The notes: generated by a model not told the origin, from the sequence alone. A DNA stretch of 64,000 bases from an uncultured delta proteobacterium (GCA_963737265.1 CAVTRY010000011.1:672001-736000); one strand, 5' to 3'; counted from the stretch's first letter, positions 50,391 to 61,728 are shown. Translations and numbers: made by a program.

Positions 50391-51113
50391 CTATTCTCTC
50401 CAATCCTCCGGCTCGTGTCCGAGCGCGTCCTTTCGAAGCCGGACGCGCTCGAACACAACGTACTCAAGCTCGTTGATGGCGCCCTTCTTGTAGGCGACAT
50501 CGATCAGATACCTTTCGATGGTCTGATTCGCGTCGGCGAAGTCCTGGTCGCCCCTGCCCATAGCTTGCTTGCAATCATCTGGTGGGTTGTTGGCAAAGAC
50601 CCGCGCGGTCCCGCGTGCGAAACGAACCGAAGGATTGCCCTCTGCCCCGGGCGCCGACCGGTAGACCGAAGCTCCGCGATAGCCAAGGAACTTCGACGGA
50701 TACGCCTGCACGGCTGCAGCAGCGCTGGTCGTCGAACACATTCCGATCAGGAACATCGACAGGGCCTGTGTCTCGACGGCCGACAGGGCGAAGACCGGGT
50801 TGGGCCTGCCCGAGAAGGCATCCAGCACGACTGAGTAGACTGCTTGCCCATCGCTCGATGGCGCGGCGGCAGCAACAGAAAGGGCGCCAGAGCACGATGA
50901 ACCGGCAATATGCGCTTTCGAGCCGCACTTGCAGTAGAAACCGCCGTTGTCGGTGTAGCCAAAACGCCCTGAGGCCAGGGGATTGGTGATCGGCTGGTTT
51001 TGGTCGTCGGTGTCCTGCGCGGGCCCCGATGCCAGCTTGTGGGACCAGCGACCCCGAGTTTGATCGAGCCTCCACCAGTGGTAGTCATAGCCAGGATAGA
51101 TGGCCATGAAGTA
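50391..51113 (-). pseudogene. 5'-truncated papain/transglutaminase-like protein
   Basis: PGYDYHWWR.D..G.WSHK...D....ITNP; the upstream Cys-bearing part is absent (in-frame stop at 51120). Confidence 0.5.
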
Positions 51114-51751
51114 GGATGGTCAGGCGGCGTATGGCCCAGCTCATGGCACGCGAACGCCAGGAACATCGCAACCACTTCGTGATAATCCTTACATCGTGTC
51201 TTGGCACACACTCGCAGCAGATGAGCGTAGACGATTTTCTCACTGCAGCGCATGCGCCCCGCAATCTCCTTCGCCTTCAGGCCACGCGCGACAAGCACTG
51301 TGGCTTCCGCCTCACGGTTGCTCAGGCTGAAGCGCTTGACGAATCGCTCCATCGCTGGTTGGGCATATCCTCGAGCGACGGTCCTCGCCATCCGCAGCAG
51401 TGCATTCGCGGCCACGGGCTTCGAGACCGCAAGCGGATGGTATTCGAGCGCAGAAGGCTGTAACCCCGGTAGGAAGGCACTCGTGATGATCACCGCCGGC
51501 TGACAGGAACAGGCTTCGATGTCGGGAAGCAATGATTCCCCACGGCCGTCTGGCAGGCAAATCTCAAGGATTACGACGTCCACCGGTTCCTGCCGTAGCA
51601 GCACGCGCGCATCAGCCAGACTGGCCGCAACGACCAGCGAAACCCCATTGTGTTCAAATTCGCGTTCAATGGCGGCGGCAGCGTCGAGATCGTCGTCCAC
51701 CAAAAGCACGCAGAGTCTCCGGCTGAGTTTCGAGTCAGCCTTCGCGTCCAC
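50747..51751 (-). CDS. REC + LuxR-HTH response regulator; native end apparently lost near 51115
   Basis: LLVDDD, VILE.CLPDG.G, KP, LS.RE.E....GLKAKEIA..M.CS; non-protein-like tail after GHTPPDHP. Confidence 0.75.
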   Translation of the reverse strand: MDAKADSKLSRRLCVLLVDDDLDAAAAIEREFEHNGVSLVVAASLADARVLLRQEPVDVVILEICLPDGRGESLLPDIEACSCQPAVIITSAFLPGLQPSALEYHPLAVSKPVAANALLRMARTVARGYAQPAMERFVKRFSLSNREAEATVLVARGLKAKEIAGRMRCSEKIVYAHLLRVCAKTRCKDYHEVVAMFLAFACHELGHTPPDHPTSWPSILAMTTTGGGSIKLGVAGPTSWHRGPRRTPTTKTSRSPIPWPQGVLATPTTAVSTASAARKRILPVHRALAPFLLLPPRHRAMGKQSTQSCWMPSRAGPTRSSPCRPSRHRPCRCS

Positions 51752-52113
51752 AAGTGACCTCGCGAGCTCTGGCGGACTGCGAACTCCTTCTCAGTTGGTC
51801 ATCAGGAAAGGTCATGAGATCCTCCAAGACTAGGTTATTCAGTAAGGGATCCAGGTGCCCGCCGGACTTGGCGCTCAAACCGCTACCTCGCTGGACTCTA
51901 CGCGACCGGAGTATGCTGAATTGCGTAGACAGAAATTTCGTACACCCCTGCTCCCAAAGCTGCAAGCCAATTCTTTACTGACCGAGATTCGGAGTAGCGG
52001 CTAGCCGCGTAGGTGTCGGTTGACAGAGACGGGGACGGAGCCAGGAGCCGGCTCTTGTAGAAGATGCCGCGAACGACTCGCGACGACGGGACGAAAAAGG
52101 GTAAAACGCCGCC

Positions 52114-54342
52114 ATGTCGAAAATGCTCGTCTCTGGCCTCGTCACATGCGGCCTTCTGCTCGCCTGCCGAGGAACCGGGGCGCACAACGCTGAAGCCAAG
52201 GATCGCACCGCCCAGGCTGCCGTGCCCGCCCCGACCGCGCCATCGGCCGCAGGACCTGCTCTCGATGAGGGCGGACCCTTGATGAATCTCGTCGCCTCGC
52301 GTGCGCTCTGGCATCTCTACGGGGAAGGACTCATCATTCCGTTTGCCAGCGAGGGCTTGCGCAAATACAGCCAGGAATACACCAGCCCCTGGCGAGGGAT
52401 TTCAAAGCTCGACGATCGCCTCGGGCGCGTTCTCGGATCCACCGCGGCCACGCTACACTTTCCGTGGAACAGTGGCGCCGACGAAGCAACCGTGATCGTG
52501 CGGCTACACGGCGGCTCGGCGGGCAAGAAGCTGTCCGTGCGGCTCAACGGCCGGCAAATCAAGAACACGACCTTGGAATCCAGCTGGCAGCAGGTCGCGA
52601 TGGCCGTTCCCGCGGGTGTGCTTGCAAAGGGCGAAAACACGCTCGCGCTGGCCGTCGGAAAGAAGGGGGCGCTCTTTCATTCGGTCGAGATCGTCGCGGG
52701 CAAGGCAGCACAGCCCAGCGAAAGTTGGCCCACGTCATCGCCCGCGGCGCGAACATCGGTCGGGGGCAAAGAACAGGAATGCCTGACCGGATTCGCCCGC
52801 ATGGTCATGCCCATCGAGATTCCACGCGACGGATGGCTTGTGGTGAGCACCGCCGCCACCAAGACCGCTGCACGCTTTCATATCACGGTGACGCCGGAGG
52901 GCCAACCGGCGAAGGTATTGCTCGACGAAAAGCAAGAACCCGGAACCGTGCGCGAGCGGCGTTTGCCGCTGGCCGAGTTTTCCGAGCGGCTAGTGGCCCT
53001 CGAGCTCGCCGCCAGCGCGGGCCGCCCGAGTGACGCCCTCTGGGTTGCGCCACGCATTCTCCTGCCCGCGGTCAGCTCGCGACCTCATCCCGAACCCGTG
53101 CACAACCTCATCCTGCTAGTCGCGGACGCTCTGCGCGCGGACAAGCTTCCAATGTATGCGAACACGCGCGTGCGAGCGCCCAACATCGCCGAGGCCGCGC
53201 GAACGACCGGCGTCACCTTCACCGCAACCCAGGCCGCATCGCCGTCGTCGCCGCCTTCGCACGCCAGCATTCAGAGCGGCTGCTTGCCGCGCAAACACGG
53301 CATCCTGGGCGACGCAAGCAAGCTGAATCCAGACACGCCCATGGTAAGCACCAGCTTGGCCAAGGCCGGCATCGCGACCGACTTCGTGGGTGACGCTTCG
53401 TTCGCCATGAACCGTCTCAAGCCAGCCTGCACCTGGTCCGAGTTTCACCAACCCAATGCCGAAGGCCACGGCGGCGACTGCTCGGCCGTGGTCAAGCAGA
53501 TCCTGGCCTTTGCCGACAAACAGGCGGGCAAGCGATTCTTCGTCTCGTCCGTTGCCTTCGAGGCCCACACGCCCTACATCTACCATCAAGGCACCACCGA
53601 ACATTACTACGACGGTCCCATGGATCACGCCATCGGCAAGAGCCCCGACGGCACCATCCTCAACGCCATCGTGGGCGGCCGGCTGACCATGACGCCAGCA
53701 CGCTGGGGACAACTCAAGGGCCTCTACGACGGCGAGGTCGAGCACCTCGATGGATGCTTCGGCGCAATCTCCGACGGGCTGAAGTCGCGCGGGCTTGGCG
53801 ACAACACGGCCGTGGTTTTGCTTTCGGACCATGGCGAGGGTTTTCTCGAACACGGAGGCATGGGCCACGCCTTCGGCCACTACGCCGAGCTCACCAATGT
53901 GCCCTTAGTGTTCTTCGCGCCGGGCCTTGGTCACGGCCAGAAGATCGCAACCGTGGTCGGTCACGCCGACGTGAATCCGACCATTCTGGACCTAATGGGC
54001 GTCGGCCCCGAGGCGCGGGTCCAGGGCGAAAGCCTGCTGCCGATGATTCTCCGCCAAGGCCCATGGGTTCCGCGCGTGATGCCGTCCGAATACGGGCGCA
54101 GTTACTCGCTGCGTTCGCGCGGTTTGCACTATATCGTCGACTACTCAGGAAACGAATCGCTCTACGACATCGCGGCCGACCCAAGCGAGAAGAAAGAAAT
54201 CAAGAACGACCGGCCCTGGGCTTGGCGGTACATGCGCGACCTCGCCGGCATCTACCTCGCCCATCGTGCCCGCTGGCACGCGACCACCTGGGGCACGCTC
54301 AACAACCACGGCCCGGGTTTCGTCGCGGCGACCGGCGAGTAG
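52114..54342 (+). CDS. Sulfatase/alkaline-phosphatase-superfamily lipoprotein
   Basis: LLAC lipobox; DALRAD, PSHAS, HTPY, YDGEV, SDHGE.F.EHG. Confidence 0.85.
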   Translation: MSKMLVSGLVTCGLLLACRGTGAHNAEAKDRTAQAAVPAPTAPSAAGPALDEGGPLMNLVASRALWHLYGEGLIIPFASEGLRKYSQEYTSPWRGISKLDDRLGRVLGSTAATLHFPWNSGADEATVIVRLHGGSAGKKLSVRLNGRQIKNTTLESSWQQVAMAVPAGVLAKGENTLALAVGKKGALFHSVEIVAGKAAQPSESWPTSSPAARTSVGGKEQECLTGFARMVMPIEIPRDGWLVVSTAATKTAARFHITVTPEGQPAKVLLDEKQEPGTVRERRLPLAEFSERLVALELAASAGRPSDALWVAPRILLPAVSSRPHPEPVHNLILLVADALRADKLPMYANTRVRAPNIAEAARTTGVTFTATQAASPSSPPSHASIQSGCLPRKHGILGDASKLNPDTPMVSTSLAKAGIATDFVGDASFAMNRLKPACTWSEFHQPNAEGHGGDCSAVVKQILAFADKQAGKRFFVSSVAFEAHTPYIYHQGTTEHYYDGPMDHAIGKSPDGTILNAIVGGRLTMTPARWGQLKGLYDGEVEHLDGCFGAISDGLKSRGLGDNTAVVLLSDHGEGFLEHGGMGHAFGHYAELTNVPLVFFAPGLGHGQKIATVVGHADVNPTILDLMGVGPEARVQGESLLPMILRQGPWVPRVMPSEYGRSYSLRSRGLHYIVDYSGNESLYDIAADPSEKKEIKNDRPWAWRYMRDLAGIYLAHRARWHATTWGTLNNHGPGFVAATGE

Positions 54343-54351
54343 TATTGGGCA

Positions 54352-54833
54352 TCATCGAAAAGCTTTGATGAGTGCCCCGGCCCGCGCCCGAAGTGACTTG
54401 TCGTGTGGCGATATGGCTGGGATCTTGCGGTCGATGCCGAGCAACTCATACACAGCCATCTGGGCGGCCGCACCGAGTACTCCACCGTGAAAACAACGTC
54501 ACCCTGAATTTCGACGAATTGACTGATGAACGCGAGGTTCTTCGAGCCGCGAGGAACCGGCAACGGGCGGTCTGCGTGGCTGCGGGGCATGAACATGATG
54601 GTGATGTAAGGCATCCTGCAGGGGATGCAGTTGGCCAATTCAACCGTCTCCGGATCGAATCGCAAGTGACCGCAGAGCTCTTGCAGGATATTCGTGCCAT
54701 TGCATTCAGACATTGGCTTGGCAACGAAATTGCCGACCCGATCCGGAAATAGCGAGTATCCCCAGAAGACTTGCACATCGCCAGACTGGTCTGCGAAGTG
54801 CGGCTGATGGGCCAGGACGATCGACATCAGCGC
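54352..54833 (-). pseudogene. Oleate hydratase (MCRA family) C-terminal remnant with frameshift
   Basis: LMSIVLAHQPHF..Q..DVQVFWGY, MPYIT, KNLAFISQFVE...DVVFTVEYSVR, then AQMAVYELLG in a shifted frame. Confidence 0.85.
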
Positions 54834-55043
54834 ATGAGGGATGCGCGTACCGTTCGAGGCTGAAGTGACCTGGCAGCTCGATACCCGACCGTACACCTAC
54901 GCGCATTGGTTGGTCGATTCAATGGACTACGACGAAATACACCCAATGCAAATGCAAGCACGGTGACCCGATTGTTTCCGTGTTGTGCCGAGGCAATTGG
55001 ACCAGCGGCACCGCCGGGGAAGGACTGACTCGCTCAATATGCT

Positions 55044-55931
55044 CTACAGTGTCACCAGCGTGCCGACGCCCTTTTCGGTAAACAGCTCGACCACCACGCT
55101 GTGCGGTTCGCGGCCGTCGACGACATGCACGGCCTCCACACCCCCCTCGAGGGCGCGCAGAATCGCCCGCGACTTCACCGCCATTCCGCCCTTGACCGCT
55201 TTGCCTTCCTGCAGGCGCCCGCGCAGATCCGCGGTTTGCAGCGCGCTCAGCAGCTGGCCGTTCTCGTCGAGAATTCCCGCGACGTCGGTGAGGAAGATGA
55301 GCTTCTTGGCGTGCGCGGCGACGGCCATTTCGGCGGCGACCACGTCGGCGTTGATGTTGTAGCTGCTGCCGTCGCTGCCCAGGCCCACCGGCGAGATTAC
55401 CGGGATGTAGTTCTTGTCGAGAAGCATTTCGAGAACCTCGGCGTTGATGGACTCGACCTCGCCCACCAAGCCCATATCGGGCTTGCCTGGCTTGGTCTCC
55501 AGCTTTCGCGCCCTGATAAGATTGGCGTCCTTGCCGGATAGGCCCATGGCCACGCCGCCAAGGGTGTTGATGAGCCCGACAATTTCGGTGTTTACCTTGC
55601 CGGTGAGCACCATTTCGACCACGCCCATCTCGACCGTGCCCGTCACGCGCTGGCCGTCGACGAACTGACTTTTCTGACCCAGCCGATCGAGGGTGCGCGT
55701 GATTTCCGGACCGCCGCCGTGGACGATCACCGGACGCAGCCCGGCCGCCTGTAACAGCACCACATCCAGCGCGAAGCTGCGCTTGAGCTCGGGCTGCACC
55801 ATGGCCGCGCCGCCGTACTTGATGACGGCTCTAGTGCCAGAAAACTTCTGGATGTATTTGAGCGCCTCGACCACCAGCTCGCGCCGGTCGACGAGGGACT
55901 CCGTGGCAGGGGCTTGTTCGACGTCGGTCAT
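55044..55931 (-). CDS. argB: Acetylglutamate kinase
   Basis: VIKYGGAAM, VHGGGP, YNINAD, LTDVAG, GGM..K. Confidence 0.96.
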   Translation of the reverse strand: MTDVEQAPATESLVDRRELVVEALKYIQKFSGTRAVIKYGGAAMVQPELKRSFALDVVLLQAAGLRPVIVHGGGPEITRTLDRLGQKSQFVDGQRVTGTVEMGVVEMVLTGKVNTEIVGLINTLGGVAMGLSGKDANLIRARKLETKPGKPDMGLVGEVESINAEVLEMLLDKNYIPVISPVGLGSDGSSYNINADVVAAEMAVAAHAKKLIFLTDVAGILDENGQLLSALQTADLRGRLQEGKAVKGGMAVKSRAILRALEGGVEAVHVVDGREPHSVVVELFTEKGVGTLVTL

Positions 55932-57007
55932 GGCAGGTGCCCCGCGAGCGCGAGAAGGCCGGTGGTTTCCGGCAAACCAAACATCAGGTTGGCGTTTTGC
56001 ACCGCCTGCCCGGCCGCGCCCTTGACCAGGTTATCGATGGCCGCGAACGATACGGCCACGCCGCGCTTGGCGTCGGCAGCCGCGCCAAGCACCACGCGAT
56101 TGGTTCCCACCACCGCTTGCAAGCGAACTTCCTCGGGCGCGACGATCTTGATAAACGGCTTGCCCTCGGCGAAGTCGGACAGCGCCCGCTTCACCGCGAC
56201 GGCGGGATCCGCTCCGCCAGCGCCGGGTTTGAGGCGGCAGTACGCCGCGGCCAGAATTCCTCGCCGCACCGGCAAGAGATGGGGCGTGAAGGTCACCTTC
56301 GCGCCGGGCGCACCCGCAAGATCGAGCGCGCGCTCGATCTCGGGTTGGTGCTGGTGGCGCAAGACCCGATACGCCCGTATATCGTCGGCAACCTCAGTGA
56401 ACGACCAATCCTCGCTGGCCTTGCGCCCACCGCCGGTGGTGCCGCTCTTGGCGTCGATGAAGATGGGGTCGGTCTCAATCAGGCCCGCGCGCAGCAGCGG
56501 CAACACCGTCAACGTGCATGCCGTGGGATAGCAGCCGGGGTTGGAAACCAAGCGCGCCGTGCGCAGCTTCGCGGCAGTGTCGGTTGCCTCGGGCATGGAG
56601 TACACGGCATCGCTAAGCAGGTGCGCGTTGGCGTGGGAGAATCCGTACCACGTCGGATAGTCGCCCGCGGCCAGACGGAAGCCGCCGGACAGGTCGACGA
56701 CGCGGGTGCCGGCGGCCAACGCGACGGGCGCGAGCGCCACCGAAGCCTCGGCTGGCGTGCAAAAGAAAACGACGTCGAGCTCGCCGAAACGCGCCTGCCC
56801 TTCGGTGTGAGTCGCGCACAGCAAGTCGGCGGCCGGTCCCGCCACGGCGACCCGATCCCCAAGGCGCTTGCCCTGCCAGCGATCCGTGGTCACCACCGTC
56901 GGCACGAAAACAGGATGGTTGGACAGAATACGCGCCAGCTCGATTCCGGAATAGCCGGAGACGCCCACGATGCCTGCCTGCTTCTTTGCGGTGGGTGATT
57001 CACTCAT
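55928..57007 (-). CDS. argC: N-acetyl-gamma-glutamyl-phosphate reductase
   Basis: GVSGYSG, NPGCYPT, H.H.PE, FTPHL, IDNLVKGAAGQAVQN. Confidence 0.96.
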   Translation of the reverse strand: MSESPTAKKQAGIVGVSGYSGIELARILSNHPVFVPTVVTTDRWQGKRLGDRVAVAGPAADLLCATHTEGQARFGELDVVFFCTPAEASVALAPVALAAGTRVVDLSGGFRLAAGDYPTWYGFSHANAHLLSDAVYSMPEATDTAAKLRTARLVSNPGCYPTACTLTVLPLLRAGLIETDPIFIDAKSGTTGGGRKASEDWSFTEVADDIRAYRVLRHQHQPEIERALDLAGAPGAKVTFTPHLLPVRRGILAAAYCRLKPGAGGADPAVAVKRALSDFAEGKPFIKIVAPEEVRLQAVVGTNRVVLGAAADAKRGVAVSFAAIDNLVKGAAGQAVQNANLMFGLPETTGLLALAGHLP

Positions 57008-57043
57008 GCTTGGAACTAATCACATCGCCCATCGCGAGATCAA

Positions 57044-57487
57044 TCATCCCGTGTGGCCAAAGCCGCCGCTGCCGCGCGCGGTTGGTGACAATTCCGCGAC
57101 TTCTTCCGCCGTGGCGCGCGCAACCGGAGCGATCACCATTTGCGCCACGCGGTCGCCTGGCGCGATGGTGTGTGCCTCCTGTCCCAGATTCACGAGCAGA
57201 ACGACGACCTCGCCGCGATAGTCTCTGTCGATGGTGCCGGGAGCGTTCACCACCGTGACCCCGTGGCGTAAGGCCAGCCCAGAACGCGGCCGAACCTGGG
57301 CCTCGTAGCCCACTGGCAGTTCCATGGACCACCCCGTGGGCACGCCCAGTCGCTGCCCCGGCGCAAGGGTGAGAGGATCGTCGCTGGCCGAGGCGAGATC
57401 CATCCCGGCCGCGCCCTCGGTCATGTAGCGCGGAAGCACGGCAGATGGCCGCAACCGGCGAAAGAGAACCTTGAGTCCGCCCACCAT
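57044..57487 (-). CDS. dut: dUTPase
   Basis: AGMDL, PRSGLA, GTID.DYRGE, RG.GGFGHTG. Confidence 0.96.
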   Translation of the reverse strand: MVGGLKVLFRRLRPSAVLPRYMTEGAAGMDLASASDDPLTLAPGQRLGVPTGWSMELPVGYEAQVRPRSGLALRHGVTVVNAPGTIDRDYRGEVVVLLVNLGQEAHTIAPGDRVAQMVIAPVARATAEEVAELSPTARGSGGFGHTG

Positions 57488-57499
57488 CGCGTTCCGGAA

Positions 57500-58459
57500 C
57501 TAAAACTTCAGATTCTTGTGGATGCGTCCCACGGGCTCGTCGAAGTCGGGAACGAATTCGCGTCCCGTGACCAGCTCGTAAAGTGCCACATACCGGCGTG
57601 CCGATTCGCAGCGAACCTCGTCGGTAAGCGGCGGCGGCGCGCCGTCGCCGGTGTAGCCTTGTTCCGCGAGCACGCGGCGCACGTATTCCTTGTCGAGGCC
57701 GCGCGGTTCCTCGCCACGCTCGAAGCGTTCCTGGTGGTCGTCGGCGTACCAGTAGCGCGAGCTGTCCGGGGTGTGTACTTCGTCGACGAAGCACAGACTC
57801 CCGTCGCGGCGGCGGCCAATCTCGTACTTGGTATCGACCAGGACCAACCCACGCTGCGAAGCCAAGCTCTGGCCAAAAGCAAAGACGCGCGCGCACATCT
57901 CGGCCGCGCGGTCGAACTCCGCCGAGGTCAGGGCGCCCATCGCCAAAACCTCATCGCGCGAAACCGATTTGTCGTGATCGCCCTTCTCGGCCTTGGTCGA
58001 CGGCGTGAGAATCGGCCGCTCGAGCTTCTGGTTCTTGCGCATGCCATCCGGCAAGTCGTGGCCGCAGAACCGGCGCACACCGTGCGAGTAGTGGTACCAA
58101 ATCGAGGTCGTCGTCACGCCGGTCAAATAGGCACGCATGACGAATTCGACGGGCAAGATTTCGCACTCGGTAGCGATCATCACCGTCGGATCGGGAACGT
58201 CGAGCACGTGATTCGATGCCAGGTGTTTGGTGACGTCGAACCAGTAGGCGGCGATCTGGTTGAGGACCTGGCCCTTGAACGGAATCGTCCCCAGCACCAC
58301 GTCAAAGGCGCTGATCCTGTCGGTCACGACGATAGTGCGCCGGTTGTCCTTGGTGTAGCAGTCCCTGACCTTGCCGGCATACCTCTTTCCCAGCGCAGGA
58401 AAGCTCGTCGTCTCCAACGTCTTCGCAAGTTGGGCTTTGATCAGGTCGTCTGAAATCAT
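57500..58459 (-). CDS. purC: SAICAR synthetase
   Basis: [33 protein letters not shown]. Confidence 0.96.
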   Translation of the reverse strand: MISDDLIKAQLAKTLETTSFPALGKRYAGKVRDCYTKDNRRTIVVTDRISAFDVVLGTIPFKGQVLNQIAAYWFDVTKHLASNHVLDVPDPTVMIATECEILPVEFVMRAYLTGVTTTSIWYHYSHGVRRFCGHDLPDGMRKNQKLERPILTPSTKAEKGDHDKSVSRDEVLAMGALTSAEFDRAAEMCARVFAFGQSLASQRGLVLVDTKYEIGRRRDGSLCFVDEVHTPDSSRYWYADDHQERFERGEEPRGLDKEYVRRVLAEQGYTGDGAPPPLTDEVRCESARRYVALYELVTGREFVPDFDEPVGRIHKNLKF

Positions 58460-58483
58460 TGCGGTTCTCCTCGGTCTTTGACT

Positions 58484-59815
58484 TTACGTGTCCCGGTCGC
58501 GCATGGCGCGGTCGATGATCGTGCCGCTCCAACGCAAGTGATGTTTCAAATCAAAGACGCGATCCAGATCGGCGGGCGAAAGGCGCGTCGAAATCTCGGG
58601 ATCCGTGCCCAGCCGCGCGCGGAAACTTGGCGCCAAGCTCGCCGCTCCGCCCAATTCGGCCGACACGGCCAGCGCGTGCTTCTGCACCAGCTCGTAGGCG
58701 GCCTGGCGGGCCAGTCCCGTACGTACCAAGGCCAACATGACTCCCTCGCTGAAATACAAACCGCCGGTGTGGTCGAGATTGCGGCGCATGCGCTCGGAAT
58801 ACACCACCAGGCCCTCCACCAGTCCCGCCGCGCGCTGGACCATGAAATCCGCGATGCCGGTGGCGTCGGGCCCGATCACTCGCTCAACCGAAGAGTGCGA
58901 AATATCTCGCTCGTGCCAAAGAGCGACGTCTTCCAACGCCGAGCTTCCATAGGCGCGCAGAAGGCGCGCGAGGCCGCAAAGATTCTCCGAAAGGATTGGG
59001 TTCTTCTTGTGCGGCATGGCCGACGAGCCTTTTTGGCCCTTGCCGAACGCCTCCGCCGCCTCGCCCACCTCGGTACGCTGCCAGTGGCGGACGGTGAGAG
59101 CGAGGCGCTCCACCGCAGTTCCGAGGCGCGCCAAGGCCATGAAGTATCCGGCGTGTCGGTCGCGCGCCACGATCTGCGTGGGCACCACCTCGGGATGCAA
59201 CCCAAGCGAGCCGAGCGCGCGCGTTTCGATTTCGGGATCCAGGCTCGCGTACGTTCCAACAGCGCCCGCGATCTTGCCCACCGAGATTTCCTCGCGCGCC
59301 ATCATGAATGCCCGGCGCGCCCGACCGACCTCGGTGAAAAAGCCCGCGAACACCAAGCCCGCGACGATGGGCTCGGCGTGAATGCCGTGGGATCGCCCGA
59401 TCATCAGGGTCTCGCGGTGCTCGTCCGCCTTGCGTGCGAGCGCCGCGCGCAGTTGGTCGATGCCGTCGAGGATGGCGTCTGCCGCCTGACGCAGCAGAAT
59501 GGCAAAAGAAGCATCGAGGACGTCCGACGACGTCATCCCGAGGTGCAGCCAGCGCGCGGGCGCGCCCGCCAACTCCTCGACATGGGTCAGAAAGGCGATG
59601 ACGTCGTGACGTGTCCGCTCCTCGATTTCGAGGATGCGCTTTGCGTCCAGTTTCCCTGCCGCCTTCGCCCGCACCTCCGCCGCCGTGCCAGTGGGGACAA
59701 GCCCTGCGCCTTCCATGGCCTCGCACGCCGCCAGCTCGACCTTTAGCCAGGTGTCATAGCGCCGCGCATCGGACCAAATCTCCGCCAGCACGGGCCGGGT
59801 GTATCTGTCAATCAT
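58484..59815 (-). CDS. purB: Adenylosuccinate lyase
   Basis: [30 protein letters not shown]. Confidence 0.97.
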   Translation of the reverse strand: MIDRYTRPVLAEIWSDARRYDTWLKVELAACEAMEGAGLVPTGTAAEVRAKAAGKLDAKRILEIEERTRHDVIAFLTHVEELAGAPARWLHLGMTSSDVLDASFAILLRQAADAILDGIDQLRAALARKADEHRETLMIGRSHGIHAEPIVAGLVFAGFFTEVGRARRAFMMAREEISVGKIAGAVGTYASLDPEIETRALGSLGLHPEVVPTQIVARDRHAGYFMALARLGTAVERLALTVRHWQRTEVGEAAEAFGKGQKGSSAMPHKKNPILSENLCGLARLLRAYGSSALEDVALWHERDISHSSVERVIGPDATGIADFMVQRAAGLVEGLVVYSERMRRNLDHTGGLYFSEGVMLALVRTGLARQAAYELVQKHALAVSAELGGAASLAPSFRARLGTDPEISTRLSPADLDRVFDLKHHLRWSGTIIDRAMRDRDT

Positions 59816-59932
59816 GTCGGTCCTTTTGGGTTCCGCTGCTCAGGTTCGCGTTTCAAGGCATGTCGGGTTCCGACTTCGGGAAGGCGTGTTTCTAGCGGAA
59901 GAGGCGATCCTATTCAATGGTTACGCCCTCCC

Positions 59933-60157
59933 TCATCGCCCACCGTTCATGGGAATGGTGCCCGTGCCGACCAAAATGGCCAGGATCCCCACCACGACGA
60001 ACAGGAACATTCGAAGGATGGTCGCGTTGGCCAGCCGCGACGCCGATGCCTTGCCCTTCGTTTGCGGACGCACGAACCACTGTAGGACCGCACAGGCGAT
60101 GAGAATCGCGCCGCCAAACAAGAAGAACCTGTGACCAAACGCAGCGACGTTGTTCAT
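59933..60157 (-). CDS. Small two-TM membrane protein
   Basis: 74 aa with two hydrophobic stretches; ATGA-coupled to the upstream gene. Confidence 0.6.
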   Translation of the reverse strand: MNNVAAFGHRFFLFGGAILIACAVLQWFVRPQTKGKASASRLANATILRMFLFVVVGILAILVGTGTIPMNGGR

Positions 60158-61023
60158 TGCACCTCATCCACCAGGCGCCGATAGAGATCGAGGAGCCTCC
60201 GCGTAATGGGGCCGGGGCGTCCGTCGCCAACCCGCACACCATCCACCGTGGTCACCGGCAAAATGCCACGAACCGCGCTGGTAATAAATGCCTCGTCGGC
60301 CGATCGAAGCCTTTCCGGGCTCAAGAAGCCAAGCTCGCGCGCCGCAATCCCATTGGCGCGGGCCAGCCCGAGCACCTTGCCCCGCGTGACGCCGTCGAGA
60401 ATTCCGACATCGAGCGCTGGCGTTTGGAGCTCACTCCGTTCGACGCAGAAAATATTGCTGGTGGCACCTTCCGCGACGCTACCGTTTGCGGCACACAGAA
60501 TCGCCTCGTTGACCTGGGGCCCGTGTCGCCGCGCTTCCGCGATGGCCAACACGCTGTTCAAGTAGTTTCCAGACTTCACCGCGGGAGAAACGCTGCCAGG
60601 CGCAGCCCTCGACACAGAAACCGTCTGGACGGCCACGCCAGCTTCGAGCGCCTCGGCAGTCGGCGCTCCCAAGGGTTGAGCGATCACGATGATGTGCGGC
60701 GCTTTCGCGCTGGCAGGGTCGATGTCAACGGCACCCACGCCTCGCGTAACGATGACGCGAACGCGGGCGTCCTTGTCGCCGGTCGCGACGACCGTCTCGC
60801 GAATGGCCTGCTCGATGGCGCCACGTTCCGGAAGCTCCAGGTAGATCCGCTGCGCTGACCGTTCAAGTCGATCGATATGCTCGGCTAGAAAGATCAGCCG
60901 ATGGCCGACCAGAGCAACGGTCTCGTACACGCTGTCGCCGAATAGGAAGCCCCGGTCGAACACCGAAACCCTGGCGTCTTCTGGTTCGCGCACCTTGCCG
61001 TCGATGTGGACACGAATTGACAT
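60154..61023 (-). CDS. Class IV PLP aminotransferase (IlvE/Dat/PabC family)
   Basis: DRGFLFGD.VYET, KSGNYL, EG..SN.F, L.GVTR. Confidence 0.92.
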   Translation of the reverse strand: MSIRVHIDGKVREPEDARVSVFDRGFLFGDSVYETVALVGHRLIFLAEHIDRLERSAQRIYLELPERGAIEQAIRETVVATGDKDARVRVIVTRGVGAVDIDPASAKAPHIIVIAQPLGAPTAEALEAGVAVQTVSVSRAAPGSVSPAVKSGNYLNSVLAIAEARRHGPQVNEAILCAANGSVAEGATSNIFCVERSELQTPALDVGILDGVTRGKVLGLARANGIAARELGFLSPERLRSADEAFITSAVRGILPVTTVDGVRVGDGRPGPITRRLLDLYRRLVDEVQ

Positions 61024-61107
61024 AAAAGTGAGTGTCAGTCAAAGCTAGTACAATAACCACGGGTCAGCTACAACGCTGAACTGCCATCGCGGGAGGGAGG
61101 GAGATTC

Positions 61108-61728
61108 TTGAAGATTCTCCGAGTTCGCTGTAAGAGCGCAGAAGAATTTCGCAGCCTATACTGCACGGATCACCCTGACGGCGCGCTTTTCTGCCCGACG
61201 ACCGCCGAGTTGCCTGTCGAGGCACCCGTGGTGGTGGAGCTCATTTGCAAGGGTTTGCCCAACAAGGTCTTCGTTCGTGGTGTCGTCATGTCATGGCGTC
61301 CAGCCCGGCCCCGCCTACGTATTCGAGCGGGCGCCCTGGTTCGGTTCTCTGCCGAGGAAACCGCCAAACGGGATTTCGTGCTGGAAACGCTCATGGGAAC
61401 GCGCAAGCCGACCCCGAAACGGAGGCACACCCGCATCCCCATCGGACTCGCCGTCAGCGTACGCCTCGGCAACGAACCCGACGCGCTAGCGGCCGAGTTG
61501 CGCGAGATCAGCGTCAGCGGCGGCTTGGTCGTGACCGCCGTCCAGCCCCCGATTGGCACGGATTTGGTCGTGGATATCGTGCCGCCCGGTGGAATCACGC
61601 CAATGTCGATCTCCTGCCGCGTAATTTATCACGCAGGCCCCGGCCAATGCGGTGTCAAGTTCATGTTCCGCGAAGGCGGAGGCTCCCGCCGCCTGCGCGA
61701 ATTGGTTCGCCGCTTCAAATTCTCGTAG
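61108..61728 (+). CDS. Tandem PilZ-like domain protein
   Basis: KRRHTR and EISVSG motifs; GGAG upstream of the TTG start. Confidence 0.75.
   Translation: MKILRVRCKSAEEFRSLYCTDHPDGALFCPTTAELPVEAPVVVELICKGLPNKVFVRGVVMSWRPARPRLRIRAGALVRFSAEETAKRDFVLETLMGTRKPTPKRRHTRIPIGLAVSVRLGNEPDALAAELREISVSGGLVVTAVQPPIGTDLVVDIVPPGGITPMSISCRVIYHAGPGQCGVKFMFREGGGSRRLRELVRRFKFS

Noticed and set aside
54840-55040. Possible tRNA or ncRNA in intergenic regions (also 42745-42930, 28935-29370)
   Set aside because: No cloverleaf, T-loop or recognisable riboswitch consensus by eye; an Infernal/Rfam scan would be needed.
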